From NCBI GenBank assembly GCA_965216875.1, contig OZ244207.1, forward strand, positions 2,944,001 to 3,008,000: a DNA stretch of 64,000 nucleotides, written 5' to 3'. Both the position numbers and the translations under genes were made by a program. Positions 20,756 to 31,037 of the stretch are shown piece by piece. The notes beneath the pieces were generated by a model. The model was not told the DNA's origin. It was given only the letters and a program-made list of their open reading frames with translations, and ran no database searches. Origin of the DNA: Rubripirellula sp. (GTDB lineage: Bacteria > Planctomycetota > Planctomycetia > Pirellulales > Pirellulaceae). The first letter of the stretch is position 1; each line of letters starts with the position of its first letter.

Positions 20756-22054
20756 ATGAACCAACCCACCGAAACCAACCGTCGCAAGTTTCTTGGTCAA
20801 TCGGTCGCTGCAACGGCTGCAATCGCTGGATCGAGTCGGCTCCTTGCTTCTGAGTCGGACACTCCTGCTCTGAAAGGTAAAGCCGAACACGTAATCAGCA
20901 TTTGGCTGGGCGGTGGAATGGGACAGGCCGACACGTTCGATCCCAAACGCAAGGGTGACCCCAAGAACAAAAAGGCCGGTTCGTATTACGATCCGATTTC
21001 AACGGCGGTCGACGGAGTGCAAGTTTGCGAGCACTTGAAGAACATGGCTCCGTTGATGGATCGCGTCACTGCCGTTCGCAGTGTTCATCATGGCGTGATT
21101 GACGAGCATGCTGCAGCGACCAATCGGATGCATACGGGTCGGGCCATTTCGGGAACGGTGACCTACCCTTCGATCGGTTCGATCGTTGCGCACGAGCGTG
21201 GCGCAGCGGATCAATCCGTGCCTCCCTATGTGCTGATCGGCTATCCCAATGTCACGCGTGGTCCGGGGTTCCTGGGAGCCAGCCATGGATACCTTTATTT
21301 GACCGACACGAGTCAAGGTCCAGCCGGACTGTCGAGGCGCGGCGACCTGTCAGATCAGCGGCAAGCTCGACGCGAACGTCTGCTTGCCACGTTGAATCGC
21401 CGCGGGCGCAACGACGTACCGAAACAGCTTCGTGACTACGACGACACCATCTCCCAGAGTCTGCGATTGAGCGGCCCCGAATTCAACCGAGTGTTTCAAC
21501 TCGAAAATGAATCGGATGAGCTGCGAAATCGATATGGCGGCGAATTCGGTCAGCGGTGTTTGCTAAGTCGCCGCTTGGTCGAACGCGGCGTTCGCTTCAT
21601 CGAAGTTTCTCACAACCTCAATTTTCTCAACGGTGCTGGCTGGGACGTCCACAACGAAGGGATCCTGCAGCAGCACAAGTTGATCGAAGAACTTGATCGC
21701 GCCGTGGCAACGTTGATCGTCGACCTCGAATCGAAGAAGCTGCTCGACAAAACACTGATTGTGATCACCACCGAGTTTGGCCGGCCGCCTGAATTCGATA
21801 GCGGCGGCGGACGCGGCCACCAAGGATCGGCCTTCAGCTGCGTGCTTGCTGGCGGTGGCTTGAACCACCAAGGTGCCTGGGGGCAAACCGATGAACTGTC
21901 AAAGAAGATCGTCGCTGACCCAGTCGGCGTCCCCGACTTCTTCGCCACGATCTGTGCCAGCCTCGGAATCGACTATCGAAAGAACCTCTATGATGGCGAC
22001 CGGCCCGTCCCCATCACCGACCAAGGCACCCCCATTGGAGCATTATTCTCGTAG
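20756..22054 (+). CDS. DUF1501 domain protein
   Basis: NRRKFL Tat-like leader; [35 protein letters not shown]. Confidence 0.9.
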   Translation: MNQPTETNRRKFLGQSVAATAAIAGSSRLLASESDTPALKGKAEHVISIWLGGGMGQADTFDPKRKGDPKNKKAGSYYDPISTAVDGVQVCEHLKNMAPLMDRVTAVRSVHHGVIDEHAAATNRMHTGRAISGTVTYPSIGSIVAHERGAADQSVPPYVLIGYPNVTRGPGFLGASHGYLYLTDTSQGPAGLSRRGDLSDQRQARRERLLATLNRRGRNDVPKQLRDYDDTISQSLRLSGPEFNRVFQLENESDELRNRYGGEFGQRCLLSRRLVERGVRFIEVSHNLNFLNGAGWDVHNEGILQQHKLIEELDRAVATLIVDLESKKLLDKTLIVITTEFGRPPEFDSGGGRGHQGSAFSCVLAGGGLNHQGAWGQTDELSKKIVADPVGVPDFFATICASLGIDYRKNLYDGDRPVPITDQGTPIGALFS

Positions 22055-22356
22055 GGTGTGTGCTTGCACGCACCAACAGGCATTTCATTGCCTGCCAGCG
22101 CCGCGCATTCATCGCCTCCACAGCAGCTGCGCGTCGGCAAAGGCCCGAGGCCTGACGGCCAGCGGCTCACGGGCACCGCCAAACCTGCCCTTCTTTGGTC
22201 TCACAATCGATAAGACTGGACCGCAATCGGTGTGACGATTACGGCGATGCGCGTTTCAGCGTGATTCACCGCGTCCTTTTGGACAGCGTTTGATTTGTGA
22301 CCTACGTTTCGATGAACGGTTTAGTAGTGGTCGCACCCAATAACCTCCATTCATCG

Positions 22357-22689
22357 ATGACGTGCCACGAACTCGCTGAGAAACTGCATCAGATGCGGCC
22401 GGAATTGCCTCCGGCCGACGTCGCACGCCTTTGTCTGTTGATTCTTAATCAAACCGACGATGTCGACGCATTGACCGACGACGACCAGCTTACCGCGGCT
22501 TGGCAAAACGCCACGTTCCGCCTTGAGGCGGCTGCCGACCAACACGACGCGGTCGCTGATGAGCTGGAAGCGATGTGCAGCGGCGAGCGAGTCGAATTCA
22601 ATCCCGACCAACTCTGGGTGTTGCTACGGGCCTTGAAGGTGCAGAGCCAAATCCTTGAGCTCTACACCGATCATCCCGCGCTCGCCTAG
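22357..22689 (+). CDS. Hypothetical protein
   Basis: Acidic helical ORF filling the gap before a convergent gene. Confidence 0.65.
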   Translation: MTCHELAEKLHQMRPELPPADVARLCLLILNQTDDVDALTDDDQLTAAWQNATFRLEAAADQHDAVADELEAMCSGERVEFNPDQLWVLLRALKVQSQILELYTDHPALA

Positions 22690-22692
22690 ACA

Positions 22693-25600
22693 CTATTCGA
22701 TGTCTTCTTCATCGCGTGGATCCACCTGCAAGCTCGCCAGGTAAGCAACGAGGTCTCGCAAGTCGCGAGCAGACATTTTGGTGATCAAGTCCTCTGGCAT
22801 CGACGACTTGCCCTTGCGTCGAAGGTCGATGTCATCGATCGCGATGCGAGTCAAACTGCCGCTGGCCTCGACCAACTCGATGAACTCATCATCTTCGCTC
22901 TTGACGATCCCCGTTGTCATTTGACCATCGAAATCAAGGATCATTGCCGTCTCGAATCCTTCCGCAATCTTTGCGTTGGGTAAACAGATCGCTTCGAGTA
23001 GGTACCTACGATCTCGCTGTTTGCCGATCACTGTAAGATTCGGGCCGACTTCGCCGCCCCCACGATCCACTTTGTGGCATCGCAAACAGGACAATTCCGT
23101 TCGTTGGTGGAAGATCGTTCGGCCGTTGTCGACGTCACCACCTTCAAGCGATGCCAACCAAGGCCCCAACGCGTCACCCTCTTTGAGTTTGGCAATGTGA
23201 GCGTCCACTCTTGCTTGAAGCTGCTCGTCCTTCAACGCGGCGACCGCTTCGATCACATTCAACTCGGCATCTTTCGCCAACTCACCTTTCAAGTAGAGTT
23301 CGAGCCCTGACTTGATCTGCGCGACCGACTTTGGATCGTCAGCCTTCGCCAGAATGTCCCAAGCGAGTTGTCGAACTTTCGTGTCTCGGCTCTCGGTCGC
23401 TTTGATAAAGGTGTCAATCGCGCCGCGGGCATCGACGTCAGCCAAGACTTCAAGCGAGGCGCTGACTAACGAGGTCGCTGGGGCCAGCGGAACCTTCTTT
23501 GCCTTTGCATACGCTTGATCGCGATCGAGCCGCAGGAGCGAACGAAGTGCGGTCGCACGAAGCGCGGGGCGTTGTTTTTCATCATCGATTCGATCGACGA
23601 GCAGCGGGATGATCTTCTTGAGACCAAGTGCCGCCGCAACCTCGATGGTTTTTTCGCGAACCTTCTCTTCGGCCGACATCAGGTTTTCGATCTGCGGCGA
23701 AAGGGCATCCGCAGCATCTTTCGCTTTACGTGGTTCCAGCGGCCGATAAGAACCGAGGACACGGTCAAGCGGCGCGGGGTTGGCCCATGTGCCAAGCATG
23801 TCGAGTGCTTCGAGTCGCATCTCTACCGGCGCCGAGAACTTGGTGGTGAAGGCCGCAAGCTTGGTCGCCTCGGCGGCGCCCCCGATGCGGTAATTGGCGT
23901 TCAGCACACGGCGAATCACCTCTGCATCTTTGGTTTCGCCATCGATCAGGTTTGCTAGAGCGCGGGATGCGACCGGGATGGCTTCGTCGTGAATCGCACG
24001 GACCGCCTCGGCAACGACATTGGCTTCGCTGTCTCCGAGGAACTTTGCGATTTCGCTACTGCGACCTCGGCGTAGTGCCACGACCGCAACACGGCGAACA
24101 TGCGCATCGGGATGACTACTTAGCCCCGCAATATCGCTGGCGTTCGGTAGCGACGCAAAGTAGGTGGCCACCGCATGCCGCAAGGCAGGGTCTTGGTTGC
24201 CGTTTGCTGCAGCAATCTCGACTGCTTTCGGGAAACCGTCGGCGCTTTTGAGTTTGGACATTGACATCAACGCCATGTATTGAACGCGAGCAGACGAATC
24301 GGCCAAGAGCCCAACGAGCTGCGATACCGCTTCTCCATCACCTCGTTCACCTGCAACCTTGGCAACAGCCGCGCGAATCACATCGTCGCTGTCCGTGAGC
24401 AAAGGCCGTAGTCCGGCAAGTACGTCGCTACGACTTGATTCCTCTTGGCGTGCAACTTGATCGGCACCCCATACGGCGTGCATTCGAGCAACGTTTGTTT
24501 GTTCTTTGTCGACGGCCACTGCAACCAGCTCGCTCGCAAGCTTGCGCCGAGCCAGTTCCCATTGTGCCTCGAATCGCACGCGTCGATCTTGATGCGAAAG
24601 GTCAGCGGCAAGATCCTCGACCGACCGCGTCGACCAATCGGACTGCAAACGTTGCTGAACTTCCTTGACGATCGCCGAGCCATGGTGCTTTGGATCGGTC
24701 AGACGATAAATGCGTCCTTTGCCAATTCCTTCCCAGCCATCAACCCAATCGCTGATGTAGATCGCGCCATCGGGCGAAAAGGCGATGTCCGTCGCGAGCA
24801 CGGTCCAAATCGGCTCGGCATGTTCACCAAGTTTGTAGAACGCTCCGTCACTATCAAGCTTGAACGACCGAATGCCGCTGTTGGCCGGACCACCCCGGAA
24901 ATCACAGATCAAGAACTGGTCTTGAAGTGCGTCACCAAACCCCGTGCCGGGATAGTAGGCCAATCCACTCGGGCCATCCGTCAGATTAGCAATTGGCGGA
25001 ACGATGTACGCTGGCTGCTCTTCATGAAAAGGCTCCCAAATCTTTTCACGATTGAAGGGGCCGCGATCGGGAAGGTACTGATAGTGCATCCGCCAGCCCG
25101 TATCGCCACCTTCGAGAATGTGAACCACACGCGCCTTGTCGCCACTGTCACTGTTGTTGTCGACCGAGAACAAGTCGCCGACGTCGTTAAAGGCAAGTTC
25201 CTGTGGGTTGCGCAGACCCGTTGCAAAGACCTCGAGGTTGCTGCCATCGAGTTCACACCGAAAGACGGCACCTGATTCAGGGTTGGCGAGGATCTTGCCT
25301 TCGGCCGTCGTGATGTGATAGCCGCGGTCTCCAATACTGAAGTAGAGCCTTCCGTCCGGGCCAATGACCAAGCCATGAAGGTCGTGACCCCGGAATGCGA
25401 CACGCACGCCGTAGCCATCGGAGAGCACGTTGCGTTGTTCGGCGTCGCCGTTGTCATCGGCATCGACGAGACGCCAAAGCTTGGGGATGTTCGTGAAGTA
25501 GATGTCACTGCCACGCACAAGGATGCCTGCGCCCGTACCTTCTTCGAGTCGATTGAAGCCATTGGCAACCACGTAGCTCTTGTCCGCGACCCCATCGCCA

Positions 25601-26088
25601 TCACTATCATCCAACCGTCGAATGCGATCATCGTGCTGGGCGTAGGTCACGGCGGCTTCGCCGAGCAGAGCTTTGTGGTAGTCGATTCGATCTTGTACCG
25701 TCTGAGCCTTCAGATCGGCCATTAACCAGTTGTTGTCGTGGCTTCGGTTGTCGGTGACGCCACGGTTTTGCCGAAACGATTCGCAAGCAAACACTCGTCC
25801 GCGATGATCCACATCGAACGCGACCACGTTGGCCACGTCGGGCTCGGCTGCAAAAAGACGGATATCCCATCCCTCGGGAATGCGGATGGTGGCCATCGCA
25901 CCCTGAGCCTCATCCGAGGCTTCGGCGATTTGGGGCTCAAGCGGCTCAGGTTGTTTGAACTCTTCGGCGACCGCGGGAACGCATACCAACGCGACGAGAA
26001 GATAAAGGCACTGTAACAATGAGGGTGTGCGTGGCTGGCGACGTTTCGCCAACGAAACGTGAGAGCGTGGACCAGACTCGGTAGGCAT
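22693..26088 (-). CDS. PVC-type heme-binding CxxCH protein (dehydrogenase-like propeller + HEAT repeats + cytochrome c)
   Basis: LFAAEPDV, GPDGRLYFSIGD, GLRNPQEL, HEAT-like repeats, CLRCHKV..GGEVGPNLT, SSMPE. Confidence 0.9.
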   Translation of the reverse strand: MPTESGPRSHVSLAKRRQPRTPSLLQCLYLLVALVCVPAVAEEFKQPEPLEPQIAEASDEAQGAMATIRIPEGWDIRLFAAEPDVANVVAFDVDHRGRVFACESFRQNRGVTDNRSHDNNWLMADLKAQTVQDRIDYHKALLGEAAVTYAQHDDRIRRLDDSDGDGVADKSYVVANGFNRLEEGTGAGILVRGSDIYFTNIPKLWRLVDADDNGDAEQRNVLSDGYGVRVAFRGHDLHGLVIGPDGRLYFSIGDRGYHITTAEGKILANPESGAVFRCELDGSNLEVFATGLRNPQELAFNDVGDLFSVDNNSDSGDKARVVHILEGGDTGWRMHYQYLPDRGPFNREKIWEPFHEEQPAYIVPPIANLTDGPSGLAYYPGTGFGDALQDQFLICDFRGGPANSGIRSFKLDSDGAFYKLGEHAEPIWTVLATDIAFSPDGAIYISDWVDGWEGIGKGRIYRLTDPKHHGSAIVKEVQQRLQSDWSTRSVEDLAADLSHQDRRVRFEAQWELARRKLASELVAVAVDKEQTNVARMHAVWGADQVARQEESSRSDVLAGLRPLLTDSDDVIRAAVAKVAGERGDGEAVSQLVGLLADSSARVQYMALMSMSKLKSADGFPKAVEIAAANGNQDPALRHAVATYFASLPNASDIAGLSSHPDAHVRRVAVVALRRGRSSEIAKFLGDSEANVVAEAVRAIHDEAIPVASRALANLIDGETKDAEVIRRVLNANYRIGGAAEATKLAAFTTKFSAPVEMRLEALDMLGTWANPAPLDRVLGSYRPLEPRKAKDAADALSPQIENLMSAEEKVREKTIEVAAALGLKKIIPLLVDRIDDEKQRPALRATALRSLLRLDRDQAYAKAKKVPLAPATSLVSASLEVLADVDARGAIDTFIKATESRDTKVRQLAWDILAKADDPKSVAQIKSGLELYLKGELAKDAELNVIEAVAALKDEQLQARVDAHIAKLKEGDALGPWLASLEGGDVDNGRTIFHQRTELSCLRCHKVDRGGGEVGPNLTVIGKQRDRRYLLEAICLPNAKIAEGFETAMILDFDGQMTTGIVKSEDDEFIELVEASGSLTRIAIDDIDLRRKGKSSMPEDLITKMSARDLRDLVAYLASLQVDPRDEEDIE

Positions 26089-26558
26089 ACAACTTCCTGA
26101 TTTGCGTGCGCCGCCCGCTCCCTACGATCATCAAATCGCAGCCGGGGTACTGGGGACGCTTCTTAATTGGGGACACTTTGTAGTTGGAGACGCTTCGAAA
26201 CTGCAGGCATGATGGTCGGTCGCACCAGACTCAAGCTCTCAACACCCAATTCACAACTTTGGTGAACGCTCAGCCATAACGAAAGTCCGATATCCAGACC
26301 GGCGTCATTGACACGTGTTGCACCGTAAGAAGCTGCCGTCACCGCGTGAGACTCTACAGTCCCCTGGGATCGGCTAAGATGGAAGTCCGTCGCAGCAGAC
26401 CGTATGGCCCGGACCCTCTAGGTGTAATTGCGTTGAGCTGACTGTTACAGGATAGCTAGGGAATGCCCAAACTGGCAAGATTTAGCCGGTGAATCGGACC
26501 AACAAACAGGGTGAAAACCACCCTCTATGCTCCGCCATCGCCCGCACGAGGTTAAGCA

Positions 26559-27095
26559 ATGATGAGCAACGAAACGCCCGAAGAGAATTCACCGCCGACC
26601 GACGGGCCGCAATCAGGTCAGCCGGCTGACGCTGAGCAGGCACCCGACCAGAATGCGGGTGATTCACAATGGCTCGATCTCGATGCTCCCGAGAATCCAC
26701 CGTCAAACGTGCCCGCAACCGATGCCCCGATCATCGCAACACTGGTGACCAACCAAGCTAGCGAAACGGTTGACTCGAGCGCCGACGAAAACATACGCGT
26801 CGGCTCGCCTTTCAAGGTCGACCCGATCACCAACTTCAACGACCGCCCCGTTGAGACGGTGATTGATGGGCCGCTGCGATATACCGCGATGGGCGCCGTC
26901 ACCGCCGCAGCAATGACCGTTTTCTTTGCTGCTGCTGCGTGCTATTGGTTCCCTGCCGGCGGAACGATGGTTGCCGCCCTGGGATGCGTCTTGTCGATGT
27001 TCGGTTTCTACTCAAACCATCGACTCGCAGCTGCAGCCTGCTTATCGGCTCACCTGTCCCTCTTCATGTTCTGTTACGGTCGCTCGCTCGCTTGA
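26559..27095 (+). CDS. Hypothetical membrane protein
   Basis: Acidic disordered N-terminus, three C-terminal hydrophobic helices. Confidence 0.65.
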   Translation: MMSNETPEENSPPTDGPQSGQPADAEQAPDQNAGDSQWLDLDAPENPPSNVPATDAPIIATLVTNQASETVDSSADENIRVGSPFKVDPITNFNDRPVETVIDGPLRYTAMGAVTAAAMTVFFAAAACYWFPAGGTMVAALGCVLSMFGFYSNHRLAAAACLSAHLSLFMFCYGRSLA

Positions 27096-27143
27096 CACGC
27101 CCGTCGACGTCGCGTCAGCCGGGAAACGGTTTACCGGCACAAA

Positions 27144-27167
27144 CCACCTTCTGGCGAAGGTAGCTAC
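27144..27167. repeat. REP-like unit, GTAGCTAC family
   Basis: CCACCTTCTGGCGAAGGTAGCTAC; related copies at 45745-45768, 60938, 60990, 61880, 61932, 62000. Confidence 0.85.
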
Positions 27168-27186
27168 GGGAATGAACCCACCCCAT

Positions 27187-27223
27187 AAAAAAACGCCGGG
27201 CCGTTTTGCAACGGACCGGCGTC
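27187..27223 (-). terminator. Intrinsic terminator of ahcY
   Basis: Minus strand GACGCCGGTCCGTTGCAAAACGGCCCGGCGTTTTTTT. Confidence 0.8.
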
Positions 27224-27255
27224 TTGATGGTTCTTCCTAAGACCTGACGGGTGTC

Positions 27256-28617
27256 TTAGTAGCGGTAATGGTCTGGCTTGTACGGACCTTCAACCGGAAC
27301 ATTCAAGTAATCTGCTTGCTCTTGAGTCAGCGTCGTCAACTTGACGCCAAGCTGATCGAGGTGCAATCGAGCCACTTCTTCGTCGAGCTTCTTTGGCAAC
27401 ATGTAGACGTCGACGTTGTAGGTGTCGTTGTCTCGGTTGCCCCAGAGTTCCATTTGAGCAAGCGTTTGGTTCGTGAACGAAGTGCTCATCACGAAACTTG
27501 GGTGACCGGTGGCACAACCGAGGTTCACCAGGCGGCCCTTGGCGAGAATGATCACGCTGCGGCCGGAATCGGCGAATGTGTAGCGGTCGACAGCACCGAT
27601 GTCAGCAGGCTTGATCTCATCTTTGCTTGCTCGTCCGGCGTCGACTTCGGCTTCCAACCAAGCGACGTCGATTTCGGTGTCAAAGTGGCCGATGTTGCAA
27701 AGGATTGCATCTTCGGGCATTTCCTTCATGTGCTCGCCAAGGATGATGTCCTTGTTGCCGGTCGTTGTGACAAACAAACGGCCTTCTTTGCAAGCTTCTT
27801 CCATCGTGGTCACTTCGAAACCTTCCATCGCGGCTTGCAGCGCGTTGATGGGGTCGATTTCGGTGACGATCACGCGGCAGCCGTAACGTTGCAAGCTGTG
27901 AGCACAACCTTTGCCGACGTCACCGTAACCACAAACGACGGCAACTTTACCGGCGAGCATCACGTCGGTCGCACGCTTCACACCATCAGCAAGTGATTCG
28001 CGGCAACCGTAAAGGTTGTCAAACTTGCTTTTGGTTGCAGAGTCGTTGACGTTGATCGCAGGTACTTGCAGCTTGCCTTCGCGATTGAGGACTTCCAGTC
28101 GGTGGATGCCAGCGGTGGTTTCTTCGCTGATACCGTGGATGTCGCTGAGCAACTCGGGGAAGCGGTCATGAACCATTGCGGTCAAGTCGCCACCATCATC
28201 AAGGATCATGTTGAGCGGCTTGCCCGATGGGAAGTGCAACGTTTGCTCGATGCACCAATCAAACTCTTCGTCGGTCTCGCCCTTCCAAGCGTAAACCGGG
28301 ATACCAGCAGCAGCGATCGCAGCGGCAGCGTGATCTTGAGTGCTGAAGATGTTGCAGCTACTCCAAGTCACTTCCGCGCCCAGCTCGACCAAAGTCTCGA
28401 TCAGCACGGCCGTTTGAATGGTCATGTGCAAGCAGCCTGCGATACGAGCTCCAGCCAGAGGCTTCGTCTCGCCATACTTTGCACGCAATGCCATCAGACC
28501 TGGCATTTCTTGTTCAGCCAAGTTGATCTCTTTGCGACCGAATTCGGCCAACGAGATGTCTTTGACCTTGTAGGGAAGGCGTCCGGTTTCCACTTGTGAC
28601 ACTTCTGTCTCCATCAT
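27256..28617 (-). CDS. ahcY: Adenosylhomocysteinase (SAH hydrolase)
   Basis: [62 protein letters not shown]. Confidence 0.98.
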   Translation of the reverse strand: MMETEVSQVETGRLPYKVKDISLAEFGRKEINLAEQEMPGLMALRAKYGETKPLAGARIAGCLHMTIQTAVLIETLVELGAEVTWSSCNIFSTQDHAAAAIAAAGIPVYAWKGETDEEFDWCIEQTLHFPSGKPLNMILDDGGDLTAMVHDRFPELLSDIHGISEETTAGIHRLEVLNREGKLQVPAINVNDSATKSKFDNLYGCRESLADGVKRATDVMLAGKVAVVCGYGDVGKGCAHSLQRYGCRVIVTEIDPINALQAAMEGFEVTTMEEACKEGRLFVTTTGNKDIILGEHMKEMPEDAILCNIGHFDTEIDVAWLEAEVDAGRASKDEIKPADIGAVDRYTFADSGRSVIILAKGRLVNLGCATGHPSFVMSTSFTNQTLAQMELWGNRDNDTYNVDVYMLPKKLDEEVARLHLDQLGVKLTTLTQEQADYLNVPVEGPYKPDHYRY

Positions 28618-28944
28618 TGAAAATTGGGGTGACGTAGCGCGGCAAACGTCAGAGGGGTTGCGGACCCAACACGGGGACTCCCGCTGGTTCGCAATCCCCC
28701 GGACGCGATCACCGCGTCTCTGGAAAGACTTTCCGGTGCTCTAACCGGAAAAAGCCAACAAATCTCACACATGATAAGCACGACGGCCAGTTTTGTAACG
28801 GGGTTTCCCGCAGCTTCTCGATACCCGCCGCGACCTTTGGACCTGCTTGCACGAGAAGGCAATTGGTGTAGGGCCCGACGCTAGCGCGTTCGGCTCACGA
28901 AAGAGATAAGGGCCTGGCCGTCGACGGAATTGCGGCCCAGAAAC

Positions 28945-29634
28945 CTAGCGGACGAACGCTTTTCGAGCGGACGAGGCGAAGGCGGTAATGCGTTCAGCTG
29001 ATTTGACACCACGGGGCGATTCCACACCGCTAGCAACATCGACCGACGTCGCACCGCTGGCCTGGATGGCTTGAGCGACGTTCCCCGGAGCCAATCCGCC
29101 AGCCAACAACCAATCTTCGATACCGCTTTCTTGAGCCCATTGAGCGACAGCATCCCAGTCGAGTGTCTTGCCGCTGCCTCCGTGAGCAGCCCCCGCATCG
29201 GCATCCAACAACAGCCGGCAACCGCAGCCGACCCAATCCCGGGCAAGCTCGTCGAGTTCGTAGCGTCCGGATACCGGTGGCTTGAGCTTCAGCGCTCGGA
29301 TGACCGGCAATCCTTCGGCCACCACGCTTTCGGCCGTCCCGACCGTTTCGTCGCCATGGAGTTGAACGACATCAAACCCCACTCGCTCGGCAGTCGCCAA
29401 CATAGACTCGGCGGACTCATTCACAAAGACGCCAACGGTGGTTAGCCCACCACGCTTGGCATGGTGAACGAGCTCGGACGTGGCTTGGCTCTCTGGATCG
29501 AGATACCGAACACTCTTGGGGAAGAAGTTGACGCCAATCGCATCGGCTCCAGCCGCAATCACCGCATCAACGTCCGCAATCTTACGAACGCCACAGATCT
29601 TTATGTGAAACACGGTGGGGAACTCAGAGGGCAA
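28945..29634 (-). CDS. trpF: Phosphoribosylanthranilate isomerase
   Basis: IKICG, VGVFVN, QLHGDE, GGSGKTLDW, LAGGLAPGNV, VDVASGVE. Confidence 0.95.
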   Translation of the reverse strand: MPSEFPTVFHIKICGVRKIADVDAVIAAGADAIGVNFFPKSVRYLDPESQATSELVHHAKRGGLTTVGVFVNESAESMLATAERVGFDVVQLHGDETVGTAESVVAEGLPVIRALKLKPPVSGRYELDELARDWVGCGCRLLLDADAGAAHGGSGKTLDWDAVAQWAQESGIEDWLLAGGLAPGNVAQAIQASGATSVDVASGVESPRGVKSAERITAFASSARKAFVR

Positions 29635-29846
29635 TGTGCGCCAGGGCTTCGAAGCCGAATCAGGGACGGGCGATAGAATCGCTACATTCGGACTATTCTA
29701 ACAACGCATCGGCTGCCGATGATATTGGTGGCGTTCCCGCGCAACCCTTCTGTGAAACGTTTCGCGCCCGCCAACAGGGTCCTAGCCCCAAAGGGTTCCA
29801 GACCCAACTGAATCGAATCGGCGTCCACAGAGTTGACTGCGTTTTC

Positions 29847-30698
29847 ATGAAAGCCATCATCAAAGCGATTGCGAGCGACACCGCGTTCCTGCCCGGACTT
29901 GCGATCGCGATTCTGACGTTTGCAATGATGCCGGCTGATCCACCACGTCAAGAATTCACGTGGACCGATCCGTCAGGAAACACCCAGCTCTATTCGCTCG
30001 CGCTGGATGACCCGCGACTCGATGAACTCAACACGCAACTTCGTGTTTGGCGAGGCGAGTGGCCAACCACGAAACTCTCGCTCGCAAAATGGCGTCGTGA
30101 GATTGCCGACTTTTACGCGCAATCAATTCGCGACTCCAAGTCGAGTGATCCAGCAAACACAGCGACCGAAGCGACTGAGCCAACAAGTCCCTCGGACGAT
30201 GAATCGGGCACCGTCGTCCAGGTTTCGTTCTCTTCGAATTCAGAAACCGAGACGGTTGCGGTCGAACCGATCGAAGCTGCGATCAGTCCCGCACGTGCCG
30301 ACTATTGGCGTTTCGTTCGCGATCAAACCGCGCAGGTCGTCCTCAGCGAAGAAGCCAAACTGCGCAAGCGACGTAGCGGCGCCGCTCAGCCTCCGGTCAC
30401 CTTCCTGCGAATCGTCGACGACCACCGCGGACTGCGAAGCTACATTGCGGCTGCGGTCGCTGGGCTGTTGACGGTTGGTCTGTTTTGCATGTGGAGTATA
30501 GCTTCGCCTGTACGACGTCTCTCGACAGCCATCTTGGCGGAACCCGTGTTGGACGCGGATTCAACGGCTGAGGGGGGCGCGCTCCGAATCGAAATCCCTT
30601 CTCAGTGGGTGCGCATCAACCAAACGCGAAGCGTGATCCTGCGGCGTGCAACCTGCTCGTTGCTCGTGCTCGCCGCCCTGGCCAGTTTCCTGCATTGA
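29847..30698 (+). CDS. Hypothetical membrane-anchored protein
   Basis: N-terminal and two C-terminal hydrophobic segments. Confidence 0.6.
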   Translation: MKAIIKAIASDTAFLPGLAIAILTFAMMPADPPRQEFTWTDPSGNTQLYSLALDDPRLDELNTQLRVWRGEWPTTKLSLAKWRREIADFYAQSIRDSKSSDPANTATEATEPTSPSDDESGTVVQVSFSSNSETETVAVEPIEAAISPARADYWRFVRDQTAQVVLSEEAKLRKRRSGAAQPPVTFLRIVDDHRGLRSYIAAAVAGLLTVGLFCMWSIASPVRRLSTAILAEPVLDADSTAEGGALRIEIPSQWVRINQTRSVILRRATCSLLVLAALASFLH

Positions 30699-31037
30699 TG
30701 CCGGCGCGTCGGCCAGATCAAGCAGCAACAGCGTCACAGGTCCGGCATGCTTTTCGATGGCCCGAATGAGCCCGGCCAAATTTTCCGGGACAAAAGCGAT
30801 TTTCGTGCTGGCCAACGTGCATCAAGATCCCGGCCAAAGCTCGGCACGACAAACTGGCCACGCCCCGCTGTTTCACGCGATCTTGGGCAGGCTTGCGATC
30901 GGGCTGTAGTTTGCTGGCTGATGTGCCGATTAATCCGATTGGACGGACTGTATCGTTTGTGCCGCCGGCTTCGCTCACGCGACAACCCCTCGCAACAGCA
31001 GGCCACCAGCATTCCTCTCCCACTGGTCTGATTAGAC

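Noticed and set aside
26100..26550. Possible ncRNA (6S, SRP or riboswitch) in a 470-bp divergent intergenic region
   Set aside because: Only a 6-bp ACAGTC/GACTGT closing stem and a small hairpin; no diagnostic motif found by eye.
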